A model generated the notes under the pieces. That model was given only the letters and a program-made list of their open reading frames with translations, did no database searches and was not told the DNA's origin. A stretch of 64,000 nt of DNA from Salinispira sp. (lineage in GTDB: Bacteria > Spirochaetota > Spirochaetia > DSM-27196 > Salinispiraceae), in contig CBDDDG010000021.1 of NCBI GenBank assembly GCA_965226555.1, positions 288,001 through 352,000 of the forward strand, in the 5' to 3' direction. Of this stretch, positions 10,441 through 19,566 are shown piece after piece; position 1 is the first letter of the stretch; every line of letters begins with the position of its first letter. A program made the translations under genes and the position numbers.

Positions 10441-11553
10441 TTGCATACGGCAAAATTTTCAAAGCGAGTGTGCCATCAACATGGCGGGCTCAATATAATG
10501 AGGATGAATGATATGTCCATTATCAATTTTACTTTTGGAGCCGATGGAAATTCTGTCGGGAATGCGGATTCCGATGTTAATGCGGATTCCGATGCCATCC
10601 ACAATCCCTACGATAAGGGCTGGCGAGAACTTCTGAGCTACAAGGAAGGAACGCGTCAACTTTTGCAAAGGTTTTTCACATTCAACTGGCCGCGGAATGT
10701 GAAGGCGGATGATATTACCATTATCCCCACTACATTCATTAGCTCGCACTGGAAGGACAGCATTCCAGATATGATGTACCAAATTACGTTGCGAGAGCCG
10801 GACAGGGTGGGCTATGTTCTCATTGAGCATCAGTCCACGGTGGATAAATCAATGCTCAATCGATTTTTGAATTACAGTAACCTTCTGAGCCAGTGCCTGC
10901 TGAAAGTCGGCGACATACAGCCCGGAGAATTTCCTTCCGTTTTTCCCATTTTGTTGTATACTGGTGATAAGAAGTGGACGGTTTCCACGAGTTTCCGCGA
11001 GCTGGATGATCTGGAGGGTTTTCAGATACTGGGGTCGGGGTTTCAATACCATACGATTCTCGTGAACGAAATGTCTGATGAGCAACTCCAACAGATAGGC
11101 GGGGTATTGGCGGCTGTTATGTATGTCGGCAGACAGCCGAGCACCATGTTTATTGATGTGGAGCAGCGCCCGCAAATACTGGCAAAAATTGGCGCTATGA
11201 TCGCAGATGAAACTTCAGAAATGCTGAATATATTTGCCAGTGTAATAGCAATGATGTTCGGGTTTCGAATAAGCCCGCAGGAAATTGAAAAACACATACA
11301 AACAGGAGAGGAGGTAACAACCATGATTAAACTTGTAGCCGATGAAATTTTCGAATACGGTCTCGCAAAGGGCCGCACTGAAGGGCGCACTGAAGGCCGC
11401 ACGGAAGGGCATCGGGAAGAACGGATGAAAAACGCCAGCGGTATGTTTTCCGAAGGATTTTCAGCCGAAGTCGTTCGGAGGATTACCGGATTGAGCGATG
11501 AGGAAATTCGGGCATTGCAAAACGGTCGGGCATTACAGAATGGATCGCATTGA
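10441..11553 (+). CDS. Rpn/YhgA-like PD-(D/E)XK nuclease (long form); start uncertain
   Basis: HNPYDKGWR, PDMMY, LIEHQSTVD, PILLYTG, and the typical GRTEG repeat tail with ITGLS. Confidence 0.85.
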   Translation: MHTAKFSKRVCHQHGGLNIMRMNDMSIINFTFGADGNSVGNADSDVNADSDAIHNPYDKGWRELLSYKEGTRQLLQRFFTFNWPRNVKADDITIIPTTFISSHWKDSIPDMMYQITLREPDRVGYVLIEHQSTVDKSMLNRFLNYSNLLSQCLLKVGDIQPGEFPSVFPILLYTGDKKWTVSTSFRELDDLEGFQILGSGFQYHTILVNEMSDEQLQQIGGVLAAVMYVGRQPSTMFIDVEQRPQILAKIGAMIADETSEMLNIFASVIAMMFGFRISPQEIEKHIQTGEEVTTMIKLVADEIFEYGLAKGRTEGRTEGRTEGHREERMKNASGMFSEGFSAEVVRRITGLSDEEIRALQNGRALQNGSH

Positions 11554-11568
11554 TTGGCAGTAATGCGC
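11273..11568 (+). repeat. Direct repeat B, copy 1 (rpn 3' end)
   Basis: Near-identical to 15397-15680 except for one extra 12-bp unit. Confidence 0.95.
11323..11553 (+). CDS. Internal in-frame small protein (RpnS-like, 76 aa)
   Basis: Strong SD AGGAGAGGAGGT 7 nt before in-frame ATG 11323, matching the described Rpn gene-within-gene arrangement. Confidence 0.7.
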   Translation: MIKLVADEIFEYGLAKGRTEGRTEGRTEGHREERMKNASGMFSEGFSAEVVRRITGLSDEEIRALQNGRALQNGSH

Positions 11569-11578
11569 TGAAATGAGC

Positions 11579-11744
11579 GGACAGTGGCCGGGCTACCCCG
11601 ACGGTTCCACGGTATTCCCCCAGCGCATGTATGTGGATTATGTCCGCGTGTATTCTCTGGATGGAGGCTGACAACTGACCTAAATTTGATCTATTATCAA
11701 TTCGATTCGTCCTGAATTTTGGGACGAATCGGATTTATAAAAAT
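11579..11744 (+). repeat. Direct repeat A, copy 2
   Basis: Copy of 10207-10372 with a few changes near the hairpin. Confidence 0.95.
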
Positions 11745-11760
11745 GTATAGAGGAGTATTG

Positions 11761-11988
11761 ATGATGAATGTTCTGGATGCAGCCGAACACGTATTAAAAG
11801 AAGCAGGGAAACCCCTCCATGCCAGAGATATTGCCAAGCGGATGATTGAAACCGGATTGTGGTCAACTATTGCTAAAAATCAGAAGAAAGTTCTCGTTTC
11901 CTATATTTGTCAAGATATGAAAAAATGGGGTGATAAATCGCGCTTTATACGGGTAGCTCCCAACACTTTTAACCTTCGAGATGTTTAA
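11761..11988 (+). CDS. Stand-alone HARE-HTH (restriction-associated winged helix) protein
   Basis: DAAEHVLKEAGKPLHARDI...SRFIRVAPNTFNL pattern; SD GAGGAG. Confidence 0.75.
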   Translation: MMNVLDAAEHVLKEAGKPLHARDIAKRMIETGLWSTIAKNQKKVLVSYICQDMKKWGDKSRFIRVAPNTFNLRDV

Positions 11989-11993
11989 CGATT

Positions 11994-13382
11994 ATGGCGC
12001 CAAACAACCCATTAACGCCTGATAGTCAAATACTGACAGTGGAGAAACTTCTTTCCATTGAGAATTTGACCATTCCCGTATATCAGCGGCCGTACAAGTG
12101 GACAGGAAAGAACGTTAACCAGCTTTTCACCGACATTGCAACTCACAAGGACAAATCCTCTTATCGTCTCGGAACAATTGTCTTTCATCAGGATGGTGTC
12201 CGAAAAAATATTGTCGATGGACAGCAGAGAATAATTACACTTTTACTGACTGTTCGCGCATTACTCATACTTCGCAATGACAAAATTGAACGCAGCGATC
12301 TGAAGGAACAGTTGAATTCGCTGGAGCAGAACATGATAAACCCCTGCTTCAAAAATAAAATTTCCAAAAATAACATACACAAAAATTATCTTGAAATTTT
12401 CCGCATTATCGCCCGATCCGATTTTACTGAAGAGCACATCAATTTCCTTTTGAATAAATGCGCAGTCGTCACTTTTACGTTGAATGATATTTCCGAAGCC
12501 TTCCAATTCTTTGATTCCCAGAATGCGCGTGGGCGCGATCTTGAACCGCATGATCTGCTGAAAGCTTATCACCTGCGGGAATTCAGTTCGGATGATGAAC
12601 AGGAGAAGGCTTCCACTGTTGAAGAATGGGAAAGTAGTGAAACAAAGGAACTGGCTAATCTCTTTTCACAATATTTATATCGCATCCGCAACTGGTCGAA
12701 GGGGGCTTCCGCCCGTTATTTTGGCAAAGAAGATACAGAATTGTTTAAAGGCGTCAACATGGAAAAAATAGAACGCTATCCCTATGTTGAACAGTTGCGC
12801 ATAGTACACCGTTTTATTGATCATTATAAACGGCAATACGAACGCAGTATTGATGGTCATACCCGCAGTTTTCCGTTTCATTTAGATCAAACCATCATCA
12901 ACGGCAGGCGCTTTTTTGAGATGATTACGCACTATCAGAAAATGATATGCAACTATAACTGCTCTGTTGCTGATTCCCAATCATTAATTACAATGGAAAA
13001 TCTGAATGGGTATTCAGAAGCGATATTGGAAACTATTAACGACTATACGGGTTGTAAACGCACCGGAGATCGATATGTTCGAACAATTTTCGATTGCCTG
13101 CTGATCTATTATATTGACAAATTCGGGCATGCAGAAATATCCCGAGCAATCGAAAAGATTTTTATTTGGGCATACAGCCTTCGTCTGAAAATGCAGGTGG
13201 TTCATCTTGCCAGTATGGATAACTACGTTCTGAAAAATAACCTCTTTGAGCTTATTAAAGATGCTATTCACCCCACTGACTTTATCAATTGCCCTCTTCA
13301 GGGTTTATTGGAGGTAAAATCTACCAAAACCGAGAAAATTAACAAATTATTTAGTAAGATGAAATATTTGGAGCAACAATAA
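11994..13382 (+). CDS. DUF262 (GmrS-like) domain protein
   Basis: IPVYQRPYKW, IVDGQQR and FDSQNARGRDL motifs. Confidence 0.85.
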   Translation: MAPNNPLTPDSQILTVEKLLSIENLTIPVYQRPYKWTGKNVNQLFTDIATHKDKSSYRLGTIVFHQDGVRKNIVDGQQRIITLLLTVRALLILRNDKIERSDLKEQLNSLEQNMINPCFKNKISKNNIHKNYLEIFRIIARSDFTEEHINFLLNKCAVVTFTLNDISEAFQFFDSQNARGRDLEPHDLLKAYHLREFSSDDEQEKASTVEEWESSETKELANLFSQYLYRIRNWSKGASARYFGKEDTELFKGVNMEKIERYPYVEQLRIVHRFIDHYKRQYERSIDGHTRSFPFHLDQTIINGRRFFEMITHYQKMICNYNCSVADSQSLITMENLNGYSEAILETINDYTGCKRTGDRYVRTIFDCLLIYYIDKFGHAEISRAIEKIFIWAYSLRLKMQVVHLASMDNYVLKNNLFELIKDAIHPTDFINCPLQGLLEVKSTKTEKINKLFSKMKYLEQQ

Positions 13383-13384
13383 TA

Positions 13385-15412
13385 ATGAGTAACAGTAACG
13401 AAATTTCACAACTTTCCGTCCGTGAGCTTCTCGAAAGCGGAGACAAATATATTATCCCCATGTATCAGCGGAATTATGCATGGGACGAGGGCGAAATTAC
13501 ACAACTAATACAGGACATTATTGATTATCTTCCAGAAAAACGTAACTACTACATCGGCACACTTGTCGTTTTCAAAAGGCCTGACACTGACAAGCTTGAC
13601 GAATCTGGCGGATATGAAACCATTGACGGTCAGCAGAGGGTGACCACTTTGGCCCTGTTGGCATCGTATCTGAAAAATGAACGAGTTAATGGAGGATTAT
13701 GCGATATTTCATGGTTAACGCAGTTGCCAATTACATTCGATAGCCGGAAAAAATCACAGAAGACTTTTGATAAAATTTTCACTGGCAAATTCAAAGATGA
13801 CTCTACAGAACATATTGACTCCGAGGAGATAAATACCGCTATTCTGAACGGATATCATCTTATCCAGAAAAATCTCCCTCTGAAACTTGCCGAAAGGGAC
13901 ATTGTACCACAAAAATTTTCCAATTTTTTATTCGACAATGTTCAGATTATGAGAGTGATGGTTCCCGAAGATACCGACATGAATCATTATTTTGAGATCA
14001 TGAATAATCGGGGCGAGCAGTTGGAAAAACATGAAATACTCAAATCTCGGATGCTGGAGACTCTTAAGAACGATAAAGACAGTCAGAACTGCCTTTCCAA
14101 CGTATGGGAAGTGTGTGAGAACATGGAAAAATATGCGCAGATGGGTTTTTCACTGTCTCAACGCAATGCTTTTTTTAAAGAGAAGAATTGGGATTCTTTC
14201 GCTGTGAACAATTTTAGGGAACTTAGTGAGAAAATAAAGCAAATAGGGGGAGAATCAAAAAGCGACGTTAATGATACAGAGCAACTTACTGAAATTATTA
14301 CAGGGTATCGAAGTAGTGCTGATAGCCAACAACGTAACGAGGATGATGGATCATCAGAGCGATTTAACTCCATAATCAATTTCCCCAATTTTCTGTTGCA
14401 TGTTTTACGAGTTCAGACAGGAAAGGATATACCATTGGATGATAAAAGGCTCATCTCAACGTTCGAAGAACACGTGCTCAAAAAAAATGATGCCTCAGAA
14501 AAAATTAAGGAGTTTATCTTCAATCTGCTTCGCTGCAAATTCCTGTACGACAAATATATTATTAAGCGCGAATTCATTAAGGGAAATGACCGTTGGAGTC
14601 TCAAACGCCTTAAATGGAATGAAGGTGGTGTAAAAAATCGCTCCGGCCGCGGATCGTATGTGAATACTTTTGGCAAGGAGGATGACGCTGAAGACGATGA
14701 AGCAGAAAACAGAAAAATTCTCATGCTTCTCTCCGCTTTCCATGTTTCCACACCTACTCGTGTCTATAAACACTGGCTTAACGCTGCGCTACATTATCTA
14801 TTCACTACCGAAATAGTTCTCTGCGAGAAAATTCAACCTGCCGCATACCTACTTCATCTGGAATCTGTGGCTAAATCATTCGTGTTTGATCGTTTTCTGG
14901 CAGCAGATGGCGGACTGGACTATTTTGACATAATTTACACGAAGAAGGGTATTTGCCAAGCGCGAAAAGAAACCATATCGGAAGAAACAATGGACGACAA
15001 ACTTTCTTTCGGCAAAATTGAGAACAACTTAGTATTCAATTTTCTCGACTATCTTTTGTGGCTTGAGTATCGGCATAAGAGTCATGTTCAGAATTATGAA
15101 TTCACGTTTCGGAGTTCGGTGGAACATTACTATCCTCAGCACCCATTGCCCGGATATAAAAAGTTGTCGGCAGAAACACTACATTCATTTGGAAACCTCT
15201 GTTTAATCAGCCACAGTAAAAATTCACGGCTCAGCAATTACATGCCAAAGGCAAAAAATGATCATTATCAACAGAATACAATCGATAGTGTGAAACAACA
15301 TTTAATGATGAAGATGACGGATAATGCAGGCTGGGATAAAGGGAGCATTACCGATCACTTCAAAGATATGAAAAAGGTATTTCTCCAAGCATTAGGGCCC
15401 GCAGGAAATTGA
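13385..15412 (+). CDS. DUF262 + DUF1524 (HNH) GmrSD-like nuclease
   Basis: IPMYQRNYAW, IDGQQR, FEIMNNRG and C-terminal SVEHYYPQ...GNLCLIS..NSRLSN. The stop codon lies inside repeat B copy 2. Confidence 0.85.
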   Translation: MSNSNEISQLSVRELLESGDKYIIPMYQRNYAWDEGEITQLIQDIIDYLPEKRNYYIGTLVVFKRPDTDKLDESGGYETIDGQQRVTTLALLASYLKNERVNGGLCDISWLTQLPITFDSRKKSQKTFDKIFTGKFKDDSTEHIDSEEINTAILNGYHLIQKNLPLKLAERDIVPQKFSNFLFDNVQIMRVMVPEDTDMNHYFEIMNNRGEQLEKHEILKSRMLETLKNDKDSQNCLSNVWEVCENMEKYAQMGFSLSQRNAFFKEKNWDSFAVNNFRELSEKIKQIGGESKSDVNDTEQLTEIITGYRSSADSQQRNEDDGSSERFNSIINFPNFLLHVLRVQTGKDIPLDDKRLISTFEEHVLKKNDASEKIKEFIFNLLRCKFLYDKYIIKREFIKGNDRWSLKRLKWNEGGVKNRSGRGSYVNTFGKEDDAEDDEAENRKILMLLSAFHVSTPTRVYKHWLNAALHYLFTTEIVLCEKIQPAAYLLHLESVAKSFVFDRFLAADGGLDYFDIIYTKKGICQARKETISEETMDDKLSFGKIENNLVFNFLDYLLWLEYRHKSHVQNYEFTFRSSVEHYYPQHPLPGYKKLSAETLHSFGNLCLISHSKNSRLSNYMPKAKNDHYQQNTIDSVKQHLMMKMTDNAGWDKGSITDHFKDMKKVFLQALGPAGN

Positions 15413-15680
15413 AAAACACATACAAACAGGAGAGGAGGTAACAACCATGATTAAACTTGTAGCCGATGAAATTTTCGAATACGGTCTCGCAAAGGGGCGC
15501 ACTGAAGGCCGCACGGAAGGGCATCGGGAAGAACGGATGAAAAACGCCAGCGGTATGTTTTCCGAAGGATTTTCAGCCGAAGTCGTTCGGAGGATTACCG
15601 GATTGAGCGATGAGGAAATTCGGGCATTGCAAAACGGTCGGGCATTACAGAATGGATCGCATTGATTGGCAGTAATGCGC
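15397..15680 (+). repeat. Direct repeat B, copy 2
   Basis: Copy of 11273-11568 lacking one 12-bp unit. Confidence 0.95.
15447..15665 (+). CDS. Orphan RpnS-like small protein (72 aa)
   Basis: Same SD and sequence as 11323-11553, minus one GRTE unit. Confidence 0.65.
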   Translation: MIKLVADEIFEYGLAKGRTEGRTEGHREERMKNASGMFSEGFSAEVVRRITGLSDEEIRALQNGRALQNGSH

Positions 15681-15795
15681 GGGCGAGCGGGAGAATCTGC
15701 CCATCCTCATCATTGTGGAAAAAATCATACAAAAACAGAGAATTATGATACGCTGAGTCTCAATCGCCTCGTCAGAAGGAGGAGATGGAGCAGGC

Positions 15796-17076
15796 ATGAG
15801 CAGAAACGTTGACGAACAATCTATTCCGAACACCGGGTTTCAAACGCTGGACGAGTTCCTCTGGAAGTCGGTTTTGAATGTTGAGGAGCAGAGGAATCCG
15901 GCGAAGGCGCTGGAGAAAATGGGGCTGCTTGTTGCCGATGAGGGCGGGTCGCAGCGCGCTTCTGTCGCTGGCATTTTGATGTGCGCTGAAAATCCTGAAA
16001 CATGGCTGCCGAATGCCTGCATAAAGGCGACATGTTATCGGGGAAAGGATCGCGCGTCCGGGCACATTGATTCGGCTGATATTACCGGTTCCGTTGTGAA
16101 GCAGATTTCGGGAGCGGTTGACTTTGCGGTAAAAAATATGCGGGTCGCAGCGAGGAAGGCGCCGGCGCGGGAGAATTTGCCGCAATACAGTGAAGAATCC
16201 CTGTTTGAGGCCATTGTGAACGCTGTCATCCATCGAGATTATTCAATAAAGGGAGAGAGCATCCGTCTATCAATGTTTGAAGATCGATTGGAAATACAAT
16301 CGCCCGGAAAACTGCTCAACGGAGTGACCGATGAGAACTTGGCAAGCCGACAGGCCACACGAAACGAAGTGCTGGTGAAAATTTTATCGCGCATGCCCGT
16401 TGCCGGCATGAAGGGAACGCAGAACAGGGCATACATTCTGGAGGGGCGGGGGAACGGCATACCCATCATCCAGAAGAAAACCGAAGAACTCAGCGGTAAG
16501 CAGCCGCAGTTCAAAACCATTGATAATGCGGTCTTTCAGGTTACCATTCCGGCTGCAATTCTGGAGCATGTTCCCATACAGACCGCCGTAACTGCCTACC
16601 ACGAGGGGCGCCCCGCAGCAGATATTTGCATACTGGCGCTGTTTCCGAATAAAACAGGGAAGGAAGCGGTAAGCGATGCGGAGGGCAGGGCGATATTGAA
16701 CCTGCATTCCTCCCATTTGCCGATGACCGTGTTTGCGGCCGGCAGCGGCTATGCAGCGAAAATAGAACGGAACTGGATACCCTCCGAGCGCGCCCTTGCC
16801 CTTAACCTGCGGAAACTCCCGGGGGGCGGGTCGCTTATTTTTTCTGATGCGACAGGCTGCATTCCCAATGTGTCCGGGCGCCTGAATCCGATTCGGGATG
16901 CCGATGACCGCACATATCTCTATGCCGCAAACATTTCCATTAACGAGGGCAGGCAGCAGCCGGTTCACTTCTCCTTCGGGGAAGACCTGAGGCTTACCGA
17001 TGCGGAGGGACGGGGCGCTGTCGTTCGCATTGTCGAAATCATCGGACAATCGGCTGTTGTGGAATATGAGCGGTGA
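15796..17076 (+). CDS. HATPase_c_4-type ATP-binding protein, apparently lacking the usual N-terminal AlbA/Schlafen domain
   Basis: EAIVNAVIHRDYS, FEDRLEIQSPGKL and EGRGNGI motifs. Confidence 0.7.
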   Translation: MSRNVDEQSIPNTGFQTLDEFLWKSVLNVEEQRNPAKALEKMGLLVADEGGSQRASVAGILMCAENPETWLPNACIKATCYRGKDRASGHIDSADITGSVVKQISGAVDFAVKNMRVAARKAPARENLPQYSEESLFEAIVNAVIHRDYSIKGESIRLSMFEDRLEIQSPGKLLNGVTDENLASRQATRNEVLVKILSRMPVAGMKGTQNRAYILEGRGNGIPIIQKKTEELSGKQPQFKTIDNAVFQVTIPAAILEHVPIQTAVTAYHEGRPAADICILALFPNKTGKEAVSDAEGRAILNLHSSHLPMTVFAAGSGYAAKIERNWIPSERALALNLRKLPGGGSLIFSDATGCIPNVSGRLNPIRDADDRTYLYAANISINEGRQQPVHFSFGEDLRLTDAEGRGAVVRIVEIIGQSAVVEYER

Positions 17077-17138
17077 TGATAATATCAGCGGTGAGAAGGT
17101 TTTGCGTTTTGCAAAACTTTGTTTGAATTGATACGGAG

Positions 17139-18200
17139 GTGATGACGATGTCATTGCAAACACAGATAGCAAAGATACGCGAAAAGTTAAACAAGCGCGA
17201 GTACGCCAACGAGCAGGCGGTATCGCAGGGCATTGTTGTGCATCTGTTGCAGACAATGAGCTGGCAAACGCAGGAAACGGACAAAGTTTGCCCGCAGTAT
17301 ACGGTTAGGGGCGGACGGGTCGATTTTGCGTTGTGCGTAAATCCAAACGAACCGGTTATTTTTATTGAGGTTAAGCAGCCCGGCGGAATTGATGACGCGG
17401 ACACACAGTTGTTTGAGTATGCGTTTAAGCAATCTTTCCATGGAAGCGTCGATGTTGCGGTCGCGACCGATGGACGGGAATGGCGTTTTTACTGGCCCTC
17501 TGGCAGCGGCAGTTATGAGAAACGGCGGTTTTGCGTTGTGGATTTTCTCGAAGACGATGCCAAAAAAGCGGCGGCAAAGTTACAGCGCTATTTGTCGTGG
17601 GAAAACGTTCGCAGCAAGCAGGCCTTACGAAACGCGAAAAACGATTATGAAGAGTTCTGCAATAAACGCGAAACATGGGAACATATTCCAAAGGCATGCG
17701 CAAAGTTGATGGCGGAACACCGCGATGCGGTTGTTCGCGCGGTATCGGAAAAAGTTAAAACCTTATGCGGCCACACTCCCGCAGATGAGCAAATTACTGA
17801 ATTTCTGGAGACCCTGTCTTTCGAATCCAGATCGGAAAGCGGCGACACATCGCCTCACAAAAAGAGAAGCCTCTCAGGCAAAAAAACGCCGCCACAGTCG
17901 CGAAGCGGCAACAGAGAGAAGATAAGGGTAATTTTCCCCAACGGCCATGAAATATACAACAATGCTGTAACGACAACGTTTGTCGATACCTTGCGCACAA
18001 TCGGCTTCGCCAAAGCGGCGCGGGCGGAGATCATGATAGCTGGGCATCCGTTAATATCGAAGGAACAGCACAAGCCACAGTGGAAAGATGTTGGCGACGG
18101 CTTCTTTGTGTGCACGCATTCCAGCACTAAGGGAAAAATTGAACAACTTCAGAAAATAAGTGAGCGCTTACATGTGAATTTGAAAATTCAAACCTGTTGA
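17139..18200 (+). CDS. HsdR-N-like PD-(D/E)XK nuclease domain protein with a C-terminal accessory domain
   Basis: RVDFAL...FIEVK, QLFEYAF and ATDGREWRFY motifs; SD GGAGGT. Confidence 0.7.
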   Translation: MMTMSLQTQIAKIREKLNKREYANEQAVSQGIVVHLLQTMSWQTQETDKVCPQYTVRGGRVDFALCVNPNEPVIFIEVKQPGGIDDADTQLFEYAFKQSFHGSVDVAVATDGREWRFYWPSGSGSYEKRRFCVVDFLEDDAKKAAAKLQRYLSWENVRSKQALRNAKNDYEEFCNKRETWEHIPKACAKLMAEHRDAVVRAVSEKVKTLCGHTPADEQITEFLETLSFESRSESGDTSPHKKRSLSGKKTPPQSRSGNREKIRVIFPNGHEIYNNAVTTTFVDTLRTIGFAKAARAEIMIAGHPLISKEQHKPQWKDVGDGFFVCTHSSTKGKIEQLQKISERLHVNLKIQTC

Positions 18201-18218
18201 GTCTTGCGGAGGATGAAC

Positions 18219-19022
18219 ATGAAAAAAGTACTATTGCTATTCGGTATTGTCGGCATGATATTTATGACAGCCTGCGATCCTGATATTGTAACACCATCAC
18301 CCGAACCCGATCCCGGAATCAGCACGCCCGAACCTGAACCGGGAGAACCCGAGCCCGGAGTCAGCCCCCCCGAACCTGAACCGGGAGAACCCGATCCCGA
18401 AGACAGTGGATACGAGATACTGGAAACTCGGTACTTGTTTGCTGATTATGAACATGGTGGACTGACGTGGAAAGGCGGCACAAACTTAACAATATTCATA
18501 CCTTCCGGGCGAGTGCGATCCGGTGTATTGGCATATCGGCAACAAATAGATGGGGTATATTATATTTCCGAATATCCGCAGGCATATTTATCGACGCTAT
18601 ATTTTAATATCCCGATAACATTTTATGATTCAGGACAGGTGGCATCAGGATATTTATCTGAAACGCAGCAGATAGGAGGGATATATTTTGCTGCTAATCA
18701 TACAGCTTTTCATGATTCAGGACAGGTGGCAAGCGGATATCTATCTGAAACGCAGCAGATAGGAGGGATATATTTTTCTTCTGTTAATATCATGGCTTTT
18801 TATGATTCAGGACAGGTGGCAGGCGGATGGCTATCTGAAACGCAACAGATAAGGGGAATATATTTTGCTGCTAATCTCATATCTTTCTATGATTCAGGTC
18901 AGGTTGCGTCAGGATATTTATCTGAAGATCAACAAATTGATGGACAATGTTACGGAGGGTACATCACCTTTAATGAAGATGGGACAGTATCGGACGGCAC
19001 TGTCGGAACCGACTGTTCATAA
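18219..19022 (+). CDS. Lipoprotein with a PEP/PGE linker and about 29-30 aa FYDSGQVASGYLSE repeats
   Basis: MKKVLLL...MTAC lipobox; four near-identical DNA repeats of about 87-90 bp at 18620-18950. Confidence 0.75.
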   Translation: MKKVLLLFGIVGMIFMTACDPDIVTPSPEPDPGISTPEPEPGEPEPGVSPPEPEPGEPDPEDSGYEILETRYLFADYEHGGLTWKGGTNLTIFIPSGRVRSGVLAYRQQIDGVYYISEYPQAYLSTLYFNIPITFYDSGQVASGYLSETQQIGGIYFAANHTAFHDSGQVASGYLSETQQIGGIYFSSVNIMAFYDSGQVAGGWLSETQQIRGIYFAANLISFYDSGQVASGYLSEDQQIDGQCYGGYITFNEDGTVSDGTVGTDCS

Positions 19023-19039
19023 TATATTTTCTTGCTTTA

Positions 19040-19488
19040 ACACAGGCAACCCCAAAAGCACGTTTACCCTGAAAACATTGCCCGAAACCGCCGCATTTCA
19101 GCAGCGGGTAACAACCCTCGGTGCGAAGAAAAGAAGCGCGAGCAATAATAAAAAACTCGCCGCCCTCGCGGAAACGTGGAAGCCTCTTGCGGGGCAGAGT
19201 CGGGACATTGCGAAGTTCATTGAGCATCTTCATAGGCTCATTGAGAAAAATTTGGAAACAGTGGAGGGCACTTATAATGCGCGGAAGCATAAGACCTTGG
19301 ACAGCAGAAAAATTCGGAACAATGTGAAGGTGCTCAATGAGAGGCGGAAGGCGCTCGTTGAGTCTCTCAATTTAGCGCATTATTTTCACCGGCAAGCGCA
19401 ATGGCTGCTGGAGCGCTTTCCGGCGGGGGTGTATTGCGATGTTGAGGGTCTTTGTAAGCGTGTTGATATTTCCGAAATAAAAAATAAT
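19040..19488 (+). pseudogene. Fragment resembling the C-terminus of a type I RM methyltransferase (HsdM)
   Basis: YFHRQAQWLLERFPAGVYCDVEGLCKRVDISEI resembles HsdM C-termini. There is no start or catalytic region, and it breaks at a palindromic repeat at 19490. Confidence 0.55.
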
Positions 19489-19566
19489 AGAAAATTTTGC
19501 AGAGCAAACTTTTCAGTAGCAAAACTTTGTTATAATGTAAAAGTATTCCAATGTGGTGCAGCTGAA

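Noticed and set aside
10207..19530. Integron or prophage explanation for the defence island
   Set aside because: No tyrosine or serine recombinase, no phage genes and no recurring attC-like sites between genes.
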